Below are positions 39,414-48,712 of a stretch of DNA of 64,000 nt, piece by piece. Position 1 is the first letter of the stretch, and every line of letters begins with the position of its first letter. This DNA is from Planctomycetota bacterium (GTDB taxonomy: Bacteria > Planctomycetota > B15-G4 > JADJEK01). Location: positions 20,355 through 84,354 of the forward strand of contig JBPOIU010000031.1 in NCBI GenBank assembly GCA_052034255.1, given 5' to 3'. The notes beneath the pieces are model-generated. The model worked only from the letters and a program-made list of their open reading frames with translations, was not told the DNA's origin and ran no database searches. Made by a program: the position numbers and the translations under genes.

Positions 39414-41258
39414 ATGAAACGTCATGTGCTTTCGCTCCTCGCCGCCGCAGCGATTCCGCTCGCGCCCGCAGCCGATGCGCGCCAGCTGTACTGGGCGACG
39501 TACGACTACCCGGTGCCATCGACGATCCCGACCAGCTCGGTGTCGTGGCGCAACGCCGCCGTCGGCGACTTCGACGGTGATCGCCACACCGACTTCGTCT
39601 CGCTCGTCATCGATCCGAGCACCGGAAGCGGTGAAGTCCTGTTCGTCCAAGCGCCCGACGTCTACCAGAGCCTGCATGCGGTGGGTTCGCGTACGGCGAC
39701 CGACCTCCTGACATGGACCGGCGCTGGCACCGACAAGACCGACGCGTTCCTGAGCGTTGGATCCCACGGCGCCTCGCTGTGGACGCTCGACACGAACGAT
39801 CAGATCGTGCCGACGACGATCGTCGGCAGTCCACTGACGGGAGCGAAGTTCATTCGCGGACCCGTCAGCGGCTCGGCGATTTCGACGCATGCCTTCGTCG
39901 TCGTCGGCAGCGACGCACGCACCGTCTACAAGCTCTATCGTTCGGGCGGTGCATGGACGACTTCGGTGATTCGGACCCATGCGTCGGACATCCTCGACGT
40001 CGAAGTCCTCGACTGGAACGGAACCGGGGACGCCGACATCGCGTTGATGACCGCCTCGAGCTTGACCGTCATCGACACCAGCAACACCGTATTGTCGACG
40101 GCCTCGGCGTCGGGCGTCTGCATCACGACCGTTCGACACAAGGGGCGCACCGGCGATCAACTCGCGTGGGTGACCAACGTCACTGGATCGTCGAATCAGG
40201 CGATTCACGTCGTCGGAGACGGCGTGACGGAGACGGGCATCGTCATCGGTCCGTTGGACGTCGCCGCGGTCGCGAGCGGTGACCTGGATGCGGACGGCGA
40301 TTCCGAGGTCTTGATCTCTCATCGATTCAGCGGCGATCAAGTGATCCTCGTCAACGTGTCGAGTTCGACCTCGAGCTCCGAGAGTTACTCGTGGAGCGCG
40401 TACGAGCTCTACACGCTCGCGGGCTACGGGGTGAGTTTCGCATCGAACGCGGCGACTCCCGTGATCGCCGACCTCGACGCCGACACCGACCTCGACGTCG
40501 CGATGCTGTGCCAACCGACGACGAAGCTCGAAGTCGCACGCAACCAGCGCATCGACGAGAACGACCTGCGCGTCCTTCCGATCGAGATCGAGAGCGACGA
40601 CTTGCCGCGCTTGACGGTCTACAACTACACGCAATCCGTTCGCATCCAATTGCCGCTCAAGGCGCCGCAGGTCTCGACATCGCGCGACGTCCTGGAAGTG
40701 AAGGCATGGATCAAGGCCGTCGGTGCGAGCGTGTCGCCGGAACTCGTCCACCACGAGACGATTTCGACCGGTGCATCCTGGTCGATCCCCGTGTTGTTCG
40801 ACGTGCTCGTGGAATCGGATTGGCAGCCGCTCGAGGGTGATCGTCTCTACGTCGAACTGCGCATGGTCGACGTCGACACCAACGGTGAATACGCGTCGAC
40901 CGGCCCAGTCGCGACGCTGGTCTGTGACGGCTCGGAGGACGGCTTCGAAGCCGATCAGGGCGCGTTCGAGAACCTCTACGGCAGCTCCGGTCCGCCCGTG
41001 TTCTCGGCGAGGTTCGTCGTGGATTCGGCGGTCGTGCCGTTCGATAGCGGCGATCCGAATCCGTACACGTCCGTGATGGCCGACTCGTCGATGTACCCAA
41101 ATGGGTGGGACTCGGACTATCTGTTCCAGCAACTCGACGAGGTCGTCGGCCTCGGCACGAAAAAGGGAGGAGCTGCGAGCGGCGGCACCTCGACGGTGCC
41201 GAACGTCGACCCGTTCGATCCGAACGGCCCGCCTCCCCCTCCGCCGCGCCGACCCTGA
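39414..41258 (+). CDS. Secreted FG-GAP beta-propeller protein with C-terminal beta domain and Gly/Pro-rich tail
   Basis: Signal MKRHVLSLLAAAAIPLAPAADA; GDFDGDRHTD, DWNGTGDAD, GDLDADGDSE, ADLDADTDLD; ends NGPPPPPPRRP. Confidence 0.8.
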   Translation: MKRHVLSLLAAAAIPLAPAADARQLYWATYDYPVPSTIPTSSVSWRNAAVGDFDGDRHTDFVSLVIDPSTGSGEVLFVQAPDVYQSLHAVGSRTATDLLTWTGAGTDKTDAFLSVGSHGASLWTLDTNDQIVPTTIVGSPLTGAKFIRGPVSGSAISTHAFVVVGSDARTVYKLYRSGGAWTTSVIRTHASDILDVEVLDWNGTGDADIALMTASSLTVIDTSNTVLSTASASGVCITTVRHKGRTGDQLAWVTNVTGSSNQAIHVVGDGVTETGIVIGPLDVAAVASGDLDADGDSEVLISHRFSGDQVILVNVSSSTSSSESYSWSAYELYTLAGYGVSFASNAATPVIADLDADTDLDVAMLCQPTTKLEVARNQRIDENDLRVLPIEIESDDLPRLTVYNYTQSVRIQLPLKAPQVSTSRDVLEVKAWIKAVGASVSPELVHHETISTGASWSIPVLFDVLVESDWQPLEGDRLYVELRMVDVDTNGEYASTGPVATLVCDGSEDGFEADQGAFENLYGSSGPPVFSARFVVDSAVVPFDSGDPNPYTSVMADSSMYPNGWDSDYLFQQLDEVVGLGTKKGGAASGGTSTVPNVDPFDPNGPPPPPPRRP

Positions 41259-41283
41259 TCGACGATTTGGAGCGCGAGCGGCC

Positions 41284-43773
41284 TCAATCGTCCGCTCCGC
41301 TGACTTGCAGCTGCGCCCAGAAGTACGGATGATCGAAACGACTCTCGGTCGCCAGGTGATCGCGCGCCGCGCGCATCGCCTCGGCGACCGAGGCGCGTTC
41401 GCGAAGGGCCGGCGCGATTCCCTCGACGATTCGCAGACTCGACTCGAGATCGGCTGGGCCGACGGCGAGCACGACGGTGCGGGCACCCGCGCAATGCAGA
41501 GCGCCGCCGAGCAGGTTCAAGCCGTCGTCGCCGGCGCGACGCGGCCCACGCGCCGCACCGCAGGCGAGCAGCACGACGGTGCGCGCCGGTGAACAGGCCT
41601 CGGCGTCGTCAGTCGTGAACGTGGACGCGTCTGGTGAGTCGCCCGCACACGCGAGCACGACCGGGCGGACGCGCCGAAGATCCAGAGTTCCATGCGCGAT
41701 GACGATCTGCGCGGTCGCGCGCGAGCCGTCGTATGCGCGCAGAGCGACGGCCGTCGCGTCGTCTCCCGCGATCAACGCGGCGTCGAGCTGCTTCGCGATC
41801 GCGCCGAGCCGATCGCGGTCGACGTCGAACGGGACCACGCGCGAGTCCTGAGCGCTGAACGGCTTCGCCGGGTCGGTTGCAGCGAACACCAGTCCGCTGC
41901 GCGTGCCCTCGTGTCGAGTTCGCGTCGCCACGTAGGCCGCGATCGGGACCGACGCGACGTGGCGAATGGCGTGCGAGCGGCCGAGGGCCCGATCACCGAC
42001 GATGCATGCTTCGAGCGGGATCGTCCCGATCACGTCCGCGCCGCAGGCCACGACCCGCTTCCACGTCGCCATGCGACGGGCGATGGGTTCGGGGAAGAAC
42101 GCGTTCCCCAACGCCCGCTGTCGCGACGTCACCGCGCGCGTCGCGGCGGACGACACCGCGCCGTCCGCGGCTCGCGCCGGACGTGACGAGCAGTGCTCGA
42201 ACAGCGCGGCCGCGGCGTCCGCGAGCTCGGAGCTGTCGGGAATCGGCGCGAGCGCCAGACCCTGCGCGTCGATCGCGAACACGTAACCGTTGCGGCGCGG
42301 AGCCGGTAAGAACAGGACGAGGCCTTCGTCCGGGAGGAGGACGCGCGACCGGATGTCGGCGAGCGTTCCGCAGCGTGCACCGACGCGGCGCGCGAAGGTC
42401 CCGGCCTCCTGCCCGGTAAGCAGGAGTTCGAGCGCATGCTCGGCTCCGCGCTCCGGATCCTGGCGCAGCGTGGCTTCGATCCACGAGGCGTACGCCGCGC
42501 GCACGGTCGGGAAGTAGAGCGGACCGGCTCCGGTGTCGACGGCACCGACTCGGCCGAAGATCGCAATGCGGTCGAGGATCGCGGTCTTCAGTTCAGCGTT
42601 GGCCGCGGCCAACGACGCCGCCGTCGTCTCCGTTTCGAGGCGCAGCAATGCTTCGACATGGAAACCGAGCAGCTCGAGCACACGCAATCCGGATCCGGGC
42701 ATCGAGCTCGACGACATCGACGTCAATCGCGCGAGTTCGTCGTATGCGCCGGCTCCGAGCAGGAGGCTCGCCAGATGGACTCGCGCGCGCGCGCGATTCT
42801 CGGCGCTGAGCCCGTCGTCCTCGCTCGCTCGCCGCAAGACCTGGATCGACACCGCCGGTTCCCACGCGCGGGGATCGGATCCGCGGCGCGTCGATGCCAG
42901 CGCACGCCGGAACTCGAGCGGTGAAATCGGGTCGCCCGCCGCCTCCGCGCGCTCGATCGCGTCGAACGCGGTCGCCTGATCACCGGCAGCGGTCGCCGCG
43001 TCGATCTCCATCAAGCGCAGATTGCAGTGATTCGCCGCAAACCGAATCGGGTCGAGGCCCGTGGCGGCCACGCGGGCCTGCCGCGTCCAGTACCCCATCC
43101 GATCGGGTTGCCCGAGATCCTCGGCGAGCTGAACCCGCTCCTCGAACAGACCGAACCACTGCGCCCGTGTCCATGCGTCGTTCTCGGCGCACTCCTCGAG
43201 CGGGACGAGCAGCGCTTCGCAGCGCGCGCCGATCGCGTCGAGCCGATCGAGTGCGCCGCACAGGCGCAATGCGCGATGCAACTTCGTCAACGCGAACGGC
43301 ACGGATTGCGCGCGCCGTGCTTCGAGTTCACGGATTCGATCGTCCAGAATCCGATCGACGTCCGCGGCGCGGCCGGCCCGGATCAGCTCCTCGGCCAGCA
43401 GAGCCGCGAAGAACGACGCGCCGTCCGCGTGTCCCGCGCGAAGGACCTCAGTCGTGGTCCGGTCGAGGATCGAAATCAATCGAGCGCTGTCGAGTCGTGT
43501 CGGTCCGTCGTCCTGGAACAGCGCGCGCGCCGCGGATCCCAAGCGCTTCGCGTCCGCGAGGTCGATCGCTGCGCCGGAATCGATCCGACCGATGATCGCC
43601 TCATAGGTGGCGAGCGGAGGGTCTTCGGCTCCGCTTCGAACCGCGGTGGACGCGATCGTCATCGCGGATCCGACTCGAGAATTCGCGGCAGCGAACGCCG
43701 CAATCAGCGCCAGGACGATGCGGACGCCGAGTCGAGAGGTTGTCCCGTCGAATCGAGCCACGTCACACGCCAT
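41284..43773 (-). CDS. Helical-repeat + CHAT (caspase-like) protease, probably exported
   Basis: IVIAHG (His), VVLLACG (Cys), HPYFWAQL. Hydrophobic IVLALIAAFAAA near the N-terminus. Start uncertain. Confidence 0.85.
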   Translation of the reverse strand: MACDVARFDGTTSRLGVRIVLALIAAFAAANSRVGSAMTIASTAVRSGAEDPPLATYEAIIGRIDSGAAIDLADAKRLGSAARALFQDDGPTRLDSARLISILDRTTTEVLRAGHADGASFFAALLAEELIRAGRAADVDRILDDRIRELEARRAQSVPFALTKLHRALRLCGALDRLDAIGARCEALLVPLEECAENDAWTRAQWFGLFEERVQLAEDLGQPDRMGYWTRQARVAATGLDPIRFAANHCNLRLMEIDAATAAGDQATAFDAIERAEAAGDPISPLEFRRALASTRRGSDPRAWEPAVSIQVLRRASEDDGLSAENRARARVHLASLLLGAGAYDELARLTSMSSSSMPGSGLRVLELLGFHVEALLRLETETTAASLAAANAELKTAILDRIAIFGRVGAVDTGAGPLYFPTVRAAYASWIEATLRQDPERGAEHALELLLTGQEAGTFARRVGARCGTLADIRSRVLLPDEGLVLFLPAPRRNGYVFAIDAQGLALAPIPDSSELADAAAALFEHCSSRPARAADGAVSSAATRAVTSRQRALGNAFFPEPIARRMATWKRVVACGADVIGTIPLEACIVGDRALGRSHAIRHVASVPIAAYVATRTRHEGTRSGLVFAATDPAKPFSAQDSRVVPFDVDRDRLGAIAKQLDAALIAGDDATAVALRAYDGSRATAQIVIAHGTLDLRRVRPVVLACAGDSPDASTFTTDDAEACSPARTVVLLACGAARGPRRAGDDGLNLLGGALHCAGARTVVLAVGPADLESSLRIVEGIAPALRERASVAEAMRAARDHLATESRFDHPYFWAQLQVSGADD

Positions 43774-44258
43774 GTGATCCTCGTCGGCAGGCGCGAGATC
43801 TCGGCGGGCGTCAGTCGCAGGCGCTCCGTACTCACGGACCTGCGCAGGACTTCGGCGCCTTCACTGCCGGGCATCGCGGATTCGACGACCAGAACATAGC
43901 GGGGGTGCGAGGTCCCGGTGACCTGCCAGCGGAACTCCTCGAACGCGGGCACCTGGCCGATCGGCGACAGCGGCGTGATCGCGCCATGACCGAGTTCGAC
44001 CTCGGGCCGGGTGAACGTCTCCGTCCGGATCGTGATGAGCCACGTCCCCATCCCGATCAGGAGCAGCGCGGCAGCGAGCCTGGCCACATGGTGCACGTAG
44101 GGCCGGCGTCGACGTACGCCGAGTCGAGCACCGAGCTCGTCGAGAACCCGGCGTTCGTACGCCGGAGGCTGACCCTGCTCCGCGTCCCGCAGGATCCGCT
44201 CGCGGTCCGATGCCACGCTGCGCAAGAGCTCGCGCATCGGGTCTTCCGTCGAACTCAT
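43704..44258 (-). CDS. Single-pass membrane anti-sigma-like protein with extracytoplasmic beta-sandwich
   Basis: ATGA-coupled to the ECF gene; RRRRP then TM LAAALLLIGMGTWLI; FRWQ..YVLVV..ITWRVTW pattern. Confidence 0.7.
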   Translation of the reverse strand: MSSTEDPMRELLRSVASDRERILRDAEQGQPPAYERRVLDELGARLGVRRRRPYVHHVARLAAALLLIGMGTWLITIRTETFTRPEVELGHGAITPLSPIGQVPAFEEFRWQVTGTSHPRYVLVVESAMPGSEGAEVLRRSVSTERLRLTPAEISRLPTRITWRVTWLDSTGQPLDSASASSWR

Positions 44259-44866
44259 GTCGACCCCTCGCCCGCCCGGCCGGTGCGGTCGTTCGCGCCG
44301 TCATCCGGGTGGTATCCAAATTTCGGTGCGAGTCGACGGCGAAGTCGATGCATCGCCGCACCGTGGCGTGTCTTCAACGTGCTGGCGGGGATGTTCCAAC
44401 GCCGAGCGATCTCATCGAAGGTCAGCTCGTCGAGGTGTCTCGCCTCGATCAAGGCGCGGTCATCGGGACTCAAGCACGCGAATGCTTCGTGGAACACGGC
44501 GATGTCCAACAGGTCGTCGCGCGTCGGTTCGTCCTGCGCCGGTTCGGTGACCGCGTCGAGCGGAGAGGCGGCCCTGCGCCAGTGCTTCCGAACGCGGTTC
44601 AAGAACACGTTGCGGCAGAAACAGAACACCCACCGATCGAGTACGCCGCCCGGCGGGAACTGCGGCAGGTGAACGAGGATCTCGGTGATCGCCTGCTGCG
44701 CGAGATCTTGCGATTCGTCGGCATCCAGAGGGCGGCCCGAAGCCCGGTTCATCGCGTCGACGATCCGCGTGACGCAGCGCATGCGTTCGACGAAAGCTTC
44801 GCAGGCGATCGGTTCCCGAGCGATGACGCGGCGAACGAGGTCGTGGTCCGGAAGCGGCGGGTTCAC
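44255..44866 (-). CDS. ECF-family RNA polymerase sigma factor
   Basis: DHDLVRR, QDLAQQA, region 2 WVFCFCRNVFLNRVRK, region 4 LTFDEIARRWNIPASTLKTR. GTG start inferred. Confidence 0.88.
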   Translation of the reverse strand: MNPPLPDHDLVRRVIAREPIACEAFVERMRCVTRIVDAMNRASGRPLDADESQDLAQQAITEILVHLPQFPPGGVLDRWVFCFCRNVFLNRVRKHWRRAASPLDAVTEPAQDEPTRDDLLDIAVFHEAFACLSPDDRALIEARHLDELTFDEIARRWNIPASTLKTRHGAAMHRLRRRLAPKFGYHPDDGANDRTGRAGEGST

Positions 44867-45007
44867 GGGCTGCGATCGACTCGATTCAAAGAGGAACTTC
44901 ACGACGGTGGGATCAACGGGGAACCAGTGAGTGAAGGCAGAACCTGGTTCGCGCGCCGACAGGGCGGCACGGCGCGGATCTTGCATCGAGATCCACGCGG
45001 TCCCGCG

Positions 45008-45050
45008 CAATAAATTCGGCTCTCCGCGCGTTTGGCGCGCGGAGAGCCGA
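45008..45050 (-). terminator. Intrinsic terminator after the DUF1565-like gene
   Basis: Perfect 15-bp stem tcggctctccgcgcg / cgcgcggagagccga followed on the minus strand by ATTTATTG. Confidence 0.8.
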
Positions 45051-45101
45051 CGTCCGTTTGCTGGATCGTTCACCACCCGAGAGAGCCCCGGGGGGCCGCG
45101 A

Positions 45102-47279
45102 TCAGTCGAACGTACCTTGCATGTTCGACAGATGGTTCTGCAGCGCCGTCGGGCCGAGGAACGGGAAGTACAGGGCCTGTTCGGCCTCGTACACGCCGTT
45201 GTTCAGTGCTGGCGACGACTGCACCGCGATGCCGTGGTTCGACCAGTCAAACGGCGAGATATAGAGCCCGGCGGCCAGCGACTGGATCGGCACGAGCGTG
45301 CGGGCCGGGAACGGAATCACCCAATCGACGTCGAACCCCGGGACGAAGCCGGTGAGCGTGGCGGCCGGGACCAAAGACCCGGGCCACGTCGCGAACGAAA
45401 CCGAGGCGGGCGGCGGCGCCGTGGGATTCGGAGCGAACACCGAATGGATGCCGACCTGTGGGTAGATGTAGATGTGGGCTCCCAGTGCGATCGGTGCCGG
45501 CGGAATGAACAGCTGTCCCGCGAGGCCAGACAGGGTCCCCGGGCTCGAATGGATGACCGAGTCGTTCGCCACGCCGCAGTCGATCAAGATCCCGGTCTCG
45601 TCGAACCCGATGTCGACTTCGGGGCCGATCGGCAACGTGTTCAAGACGTTCGCCAGCGTCGCCTGGACGCGCGGATTGCCATAGCCCTCACCGTCGAAGT
45701 CGAACGACGAGAACGGGCAACCGATGTCGACGTGCTGCGTCAGATTCACGGCGCGCAACAGCTGATTGAGTGGTCCGGTTCCAGCATTCACGAGGAACGA
45801 ATCGGGAACCAGTCGCCAATCGAAACCGACGCTGACGGGCGAACCATTGCTGGTCAGTAGTTCGCCGACGAATGCCGGATCGAGCCCGGCCGTCAGGCCG
45901 TTCGGGTTGAGCGGGTACGGCGACGGCACGGAACCCAAGAACGCCGCCGGACTCAGCGGAATCGAACGCGGGAGCGGAGCCAGTGGAGAGCCGATCATTT
46001 GAACGGCTCCATTGACCCACATCTGTGAGCAGAACACGATTCCACCAGGGCTTGCGGGCGGAGGCGTCGAACCGCCGACGGCGTTGGGATCGAACGCATT
46101 CGACGGACCGGTGTTCGTACCGATCAAGCAAGTCACGTCCGTGGCATCGATGCCGAGCAATGCGGTCGGTGGCGTCGTGTCGAAGGCGCGAATCAGATTG
46201 CTCTGGATGTTCGGGTTGCCCACTCCGCGCAGCATCGCGTTGGGATCGCCAGCCGCGCCAAGATCGCACCTCGGATCGTTGACGTCGCAGATCGCGACAT
46301 TGTGAGGCACCGCGGCGAGCCCGACCGGAACGACGCCGACGTTCGGATCGGTCACGGTCGGCGTCGGCTCCCACGATTGGATCATCGTGTTGTTGAAGAT
46401 GTTCAGGTACACGTCGGCGTAGCCGTTATCGATGCTGCCGCCGACAGTCGGGCCGGGGATGGGCGGATCGTGCGGGGGGTCGCCGGGTTCCTCGGGGTTC
46501 GGCACATCCGGAGCGTGCGACGGATCGACGAACGTCGCTCCCAGCCACGGGTGCACCATCAAGATGCCGAACCATGGGCCGATCAGCGACGTTGGGTCGT
46601 TCGAATGATCGAGGAGATCGAACACGCAGTTCGAGATGCGGCCGAAGATCGCGCCGTTCGTGGATTCCGCGTACACCTGGATGTAGGCGCCTCGCAGCGT
46701 CACGGCGTCGAGCATTTCGTCGTAGGCGAGGTTGGTCAACCCACTGAAGTCGAACAGCGTCTCGAGCGCACCGATGCGCGCTCCGCACATGCAGTCGTTC
46801 TCGAGAGCGAGTGGCAAGAACGGCATGAATCCGCCCGTCGAACCGTCGCCTTGGATGATGACTTGCTTCGCGCCGATGCCTTGGACGTCGATCCAGTCGA
46901 CCATCGTGATCGGAAACGTCTCGCCGGTCGTCGCCACCGAGTAGATGCCCGGGTTGATGATCACGAGGCCGCGGTTCGCCGCGCCGAGCGGGTTGCCCGT
47001 CGTGGTCGGAATCTGAGTCACGAGGCCTTGGATCGCGCCGTTCACGGTCGAGAACGGCAGCTGGCTGTTGTTGATTAGCCCGATGGAGTCGAGCCCGAAC
47101 GTGGCGTCGACGTATGCGATGTTCGTCGTGACACCGGCGTTCTGACACGGTGCCGCGGTCTGCGCGGCACCGTTCGACATCGTGAGGCAGAGTGCGCCGA
47201 GGCTGAAAAGGGACGTTGCGGCAAGCCGCCAGCCGGCCCCGCGCCCACGGCGCGGGGTGTGATCAGGATTCGAGATCAT
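45102..47279 (-). CDS. Large secreted protein: DUF1565-like/beta-helix region plus choice-of-anchor-Q-like motif
   Basis: Signal-like N-terminus; AYVDAT...PFSTVNGAI, INPGIYSVATTGETFPI; later DFDGEGYGNPRV...VDIGFDE. Confidence 0.75.
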   Translation of the reverse strand: MISNPDHTPRRGRGAGWRLAATSLFSLGALCLTMSNGAAQTAAPCQNAGVTTNIAYVDATFGLDSIGLINNSQLPFSTVNGAIQGLVTQIPTTTGNPLGAANRGLVIINPGIYSVATTGETFPITMVDWIDVQGIGAKQVIIQGDGSTGGFMPFLPLALENDCMCGARIGALETLFDFSGLTNLAYDEMLDAVTLRGAYIQVYAESTNGAIFGRISNCVFDLLDHSNDPTSLIGPWFGILMVHPWLGATFVDPSHAPDVPNPEEPGDPPHDPPIPGPTVGGSIDNGYADVYLNIFNNTMIQSWEPTPTVTDPNVGVVPVGLAAVPHNVAICDVNDPRCDLGAAGDPNAMLRGVGNPNIQSNLIRAFDTTPPTALLGIDATDVTCLIGTNTGPSNAFDPNAVGGSTPPPASPGGIVFCSQMWVNGAVQMIGSPLAPLPRSIPLSPAAFLGSVPSPYPLNPNGLTAGLDPAFVGELLTSNGSPVSVGFDWRLVPDSFLVNAGTGPLNQLLRAVNLTQHVDIGCPFSSFDFDGEGYGNPRVQATLANVLNTLPIGPEVDIGFDETGILIDCGVANDSVIHSSPGTLSGLAGQLFIPPAPIALGAHIYIYPQVGIHSVFAPNPTAPPPASVSFATWPGSLVPAATLTGFVPGFDVDWVIPFPARTLVPIQSLAAGLYISPFDWSNHGIAVQSSPALNNGVYEAEQALYFPFLGPTALQNHLSNMQGTFD

Positions 47280-47446
47280 GGGGGGATGCTCCGTGTGGGA
47301 GAAGTCGTCGTGCGGGGCGCGCTCGCGCCTCGCCAACGGGATGTGTCGCCGAATCGTCGGCGGTCGGCACGGATTCGTGCGATCCGAGCACGATTCGAAG
47401 CAAGGCGCGAGACCGCGCCGCGGGCGGCGTACGGCCGCCGAAGACG

Positions 47447-48712
47447 TCAGGCGACCGCGGGAGCGCGCGCTTCGTTTCGCGTCGCCTCGAACAACGGCCA
47501 AGGCGTGAAGCCGAACGCGCGCGCGAGCAGCGAGCGCGGAAACGTCGCGATCGTCGTGTTGAACTCGGTCGCGCAGTCGTCGAAGAACGTGCGGTCGTGC
47601 GCGATCTTGTCCTCGAGCGCGACGAGTTGGTCGTGCAACTTCGCGTACGCGGTGGACGCGCGCAGCTCCGGGTACTTCTCGGCGAGCGCGAGCACCTGCG
47701 CGACGGAGCCGCGGATCGACGTTTCGGCGCGGATCGCCGCACGCGCGTCCTGCGCCGCCGTGCGCAGGCGCGACAGTTCCTCGAACGTCGTGCGCTCGTG
47801 CGCCGCGGTGGCCGCGACGATCGTCGCGAGGCGCGGCACCAGATCGAAGCGCTGCTTCAGATCGACGTCGATGTGCCGCCATGCCGCGAGCGTGCGGGTG
47901 CGGTACGCGATCAGCGTGTTGTACGCGTGCATGACCCAGGTCCCGAGCGTGACGAGCGCGGCGATCGTTGTCGCGACGACCGCGAACTTCGGCACGAACA
48001 CAGGGTCGACGTAGGAACCCTGGACGTGCATCCACCCGCCGTAGGCTCCCGCGAGCACGCCGAGGAACAGCAGCGCGAAACCGAAGCGGCGCAGCCAACG
48101 TTCGCCGGTCTCCGCGCCGCGGAGGAACGCGTCGCGCGTGCGCCGACAGAGCAAGAGCGGGATGTTGGCGTGCGCTTCGAGTCCGTGGCCGTCTTCCGTG
48201 ACGCAACCGAGCGCGCTGCGCTCGTCGGCGAGCGGCACGTACGCCGCGCTGTAGCGCCGACTCCATTCGTGGTCGTAACCGCTGGACTCGAGGTCGTGCA
48301 GATCGGCGCCCGTGGGGTCGATTCGAAGGCGGTGGTCGCCCTCGACCAAGTCGAACGGCACGCCTTGGACGTCGCGTTGCACGACCGCCCAGTACGTCTC
48401 GGTGCGCGTTCCGCCCTTCGACGTGCGGACGGTGCGCGTGCGCTTCTCCTCGACCAGGTACTCGAAGTACACGCATCGCGCACCGAAGCGCGGCACGGTG
48501 ATCGGTGCCGCGCATTCGACGACGCCGCGGACCCAGGCGTCGTCGCGCGCGGTCAGCAACCGGATCGGCAACTGCGGCGCGCGGGCGTAGATCCAGTTGC
48601 GGGCGTCGGCGCGACGAGCACCGATCAACAATGCGATCGCGATCGCCGTCACGATGCCGCATGCGACGAGGCACGGCACCACCGCGGGGTTTTGCAGCGC
48701 GAGTTCGATCAT
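47447..48712 (-). CDS. GIDE-like domain fused to LemA domain
   Basis: N-terminal TM, VRGVVEC...CVYFEYLVEE...PFDL region, two TMs, then LemA motifs AYNTL, WRHIDVDLKQRFDLVPRL, AEKYPEL, LEDKIAHDRTFF, FPRSLLA. Confidence 0.75.
   Translation of the reverse strand: MIELALQNPAVVPCLVACGIVTAIAIALLIGARRADARNWIYARAPQLPIRLLTARDDAWVRGVVECAAPITVPRFGARCVYFEYLVEEKRTRTVRTSKGGTRTETYWAVVQRDVQGVPFDLVEGDHRLRIDPTGADLHDLESSGYDHEWSRRYSAAYVPLADERSALGCVTEDGHGLEAHANIPLLLCRRTRDAFLRGAETGERWLRRFGFALLFLGVLAGAYGGWMHVQGSYVDPVFVPKFAVVATTIAALVTLGTWVMHAYNTLIAYRTRTLAAWRHIDVDLKQRFDLVPRLATIVAATAAHERTTFEELSRLRTAAQDARAAIRAETSIRGSVAQVLALAEKYPELRASTAYAKLHDQLVALEDKIAHDRTFFDDCATEFNTTIATFPRSLLARAFGFTPWPLFEATRNEARAPAVA

Noticed and set aside
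47280-48674. N-terminal extension of ORF 45102-48674
   Set aside because: Overlaps the GIDE-LemA gene in another frame; the credible start with a signal peptide is at 47279.
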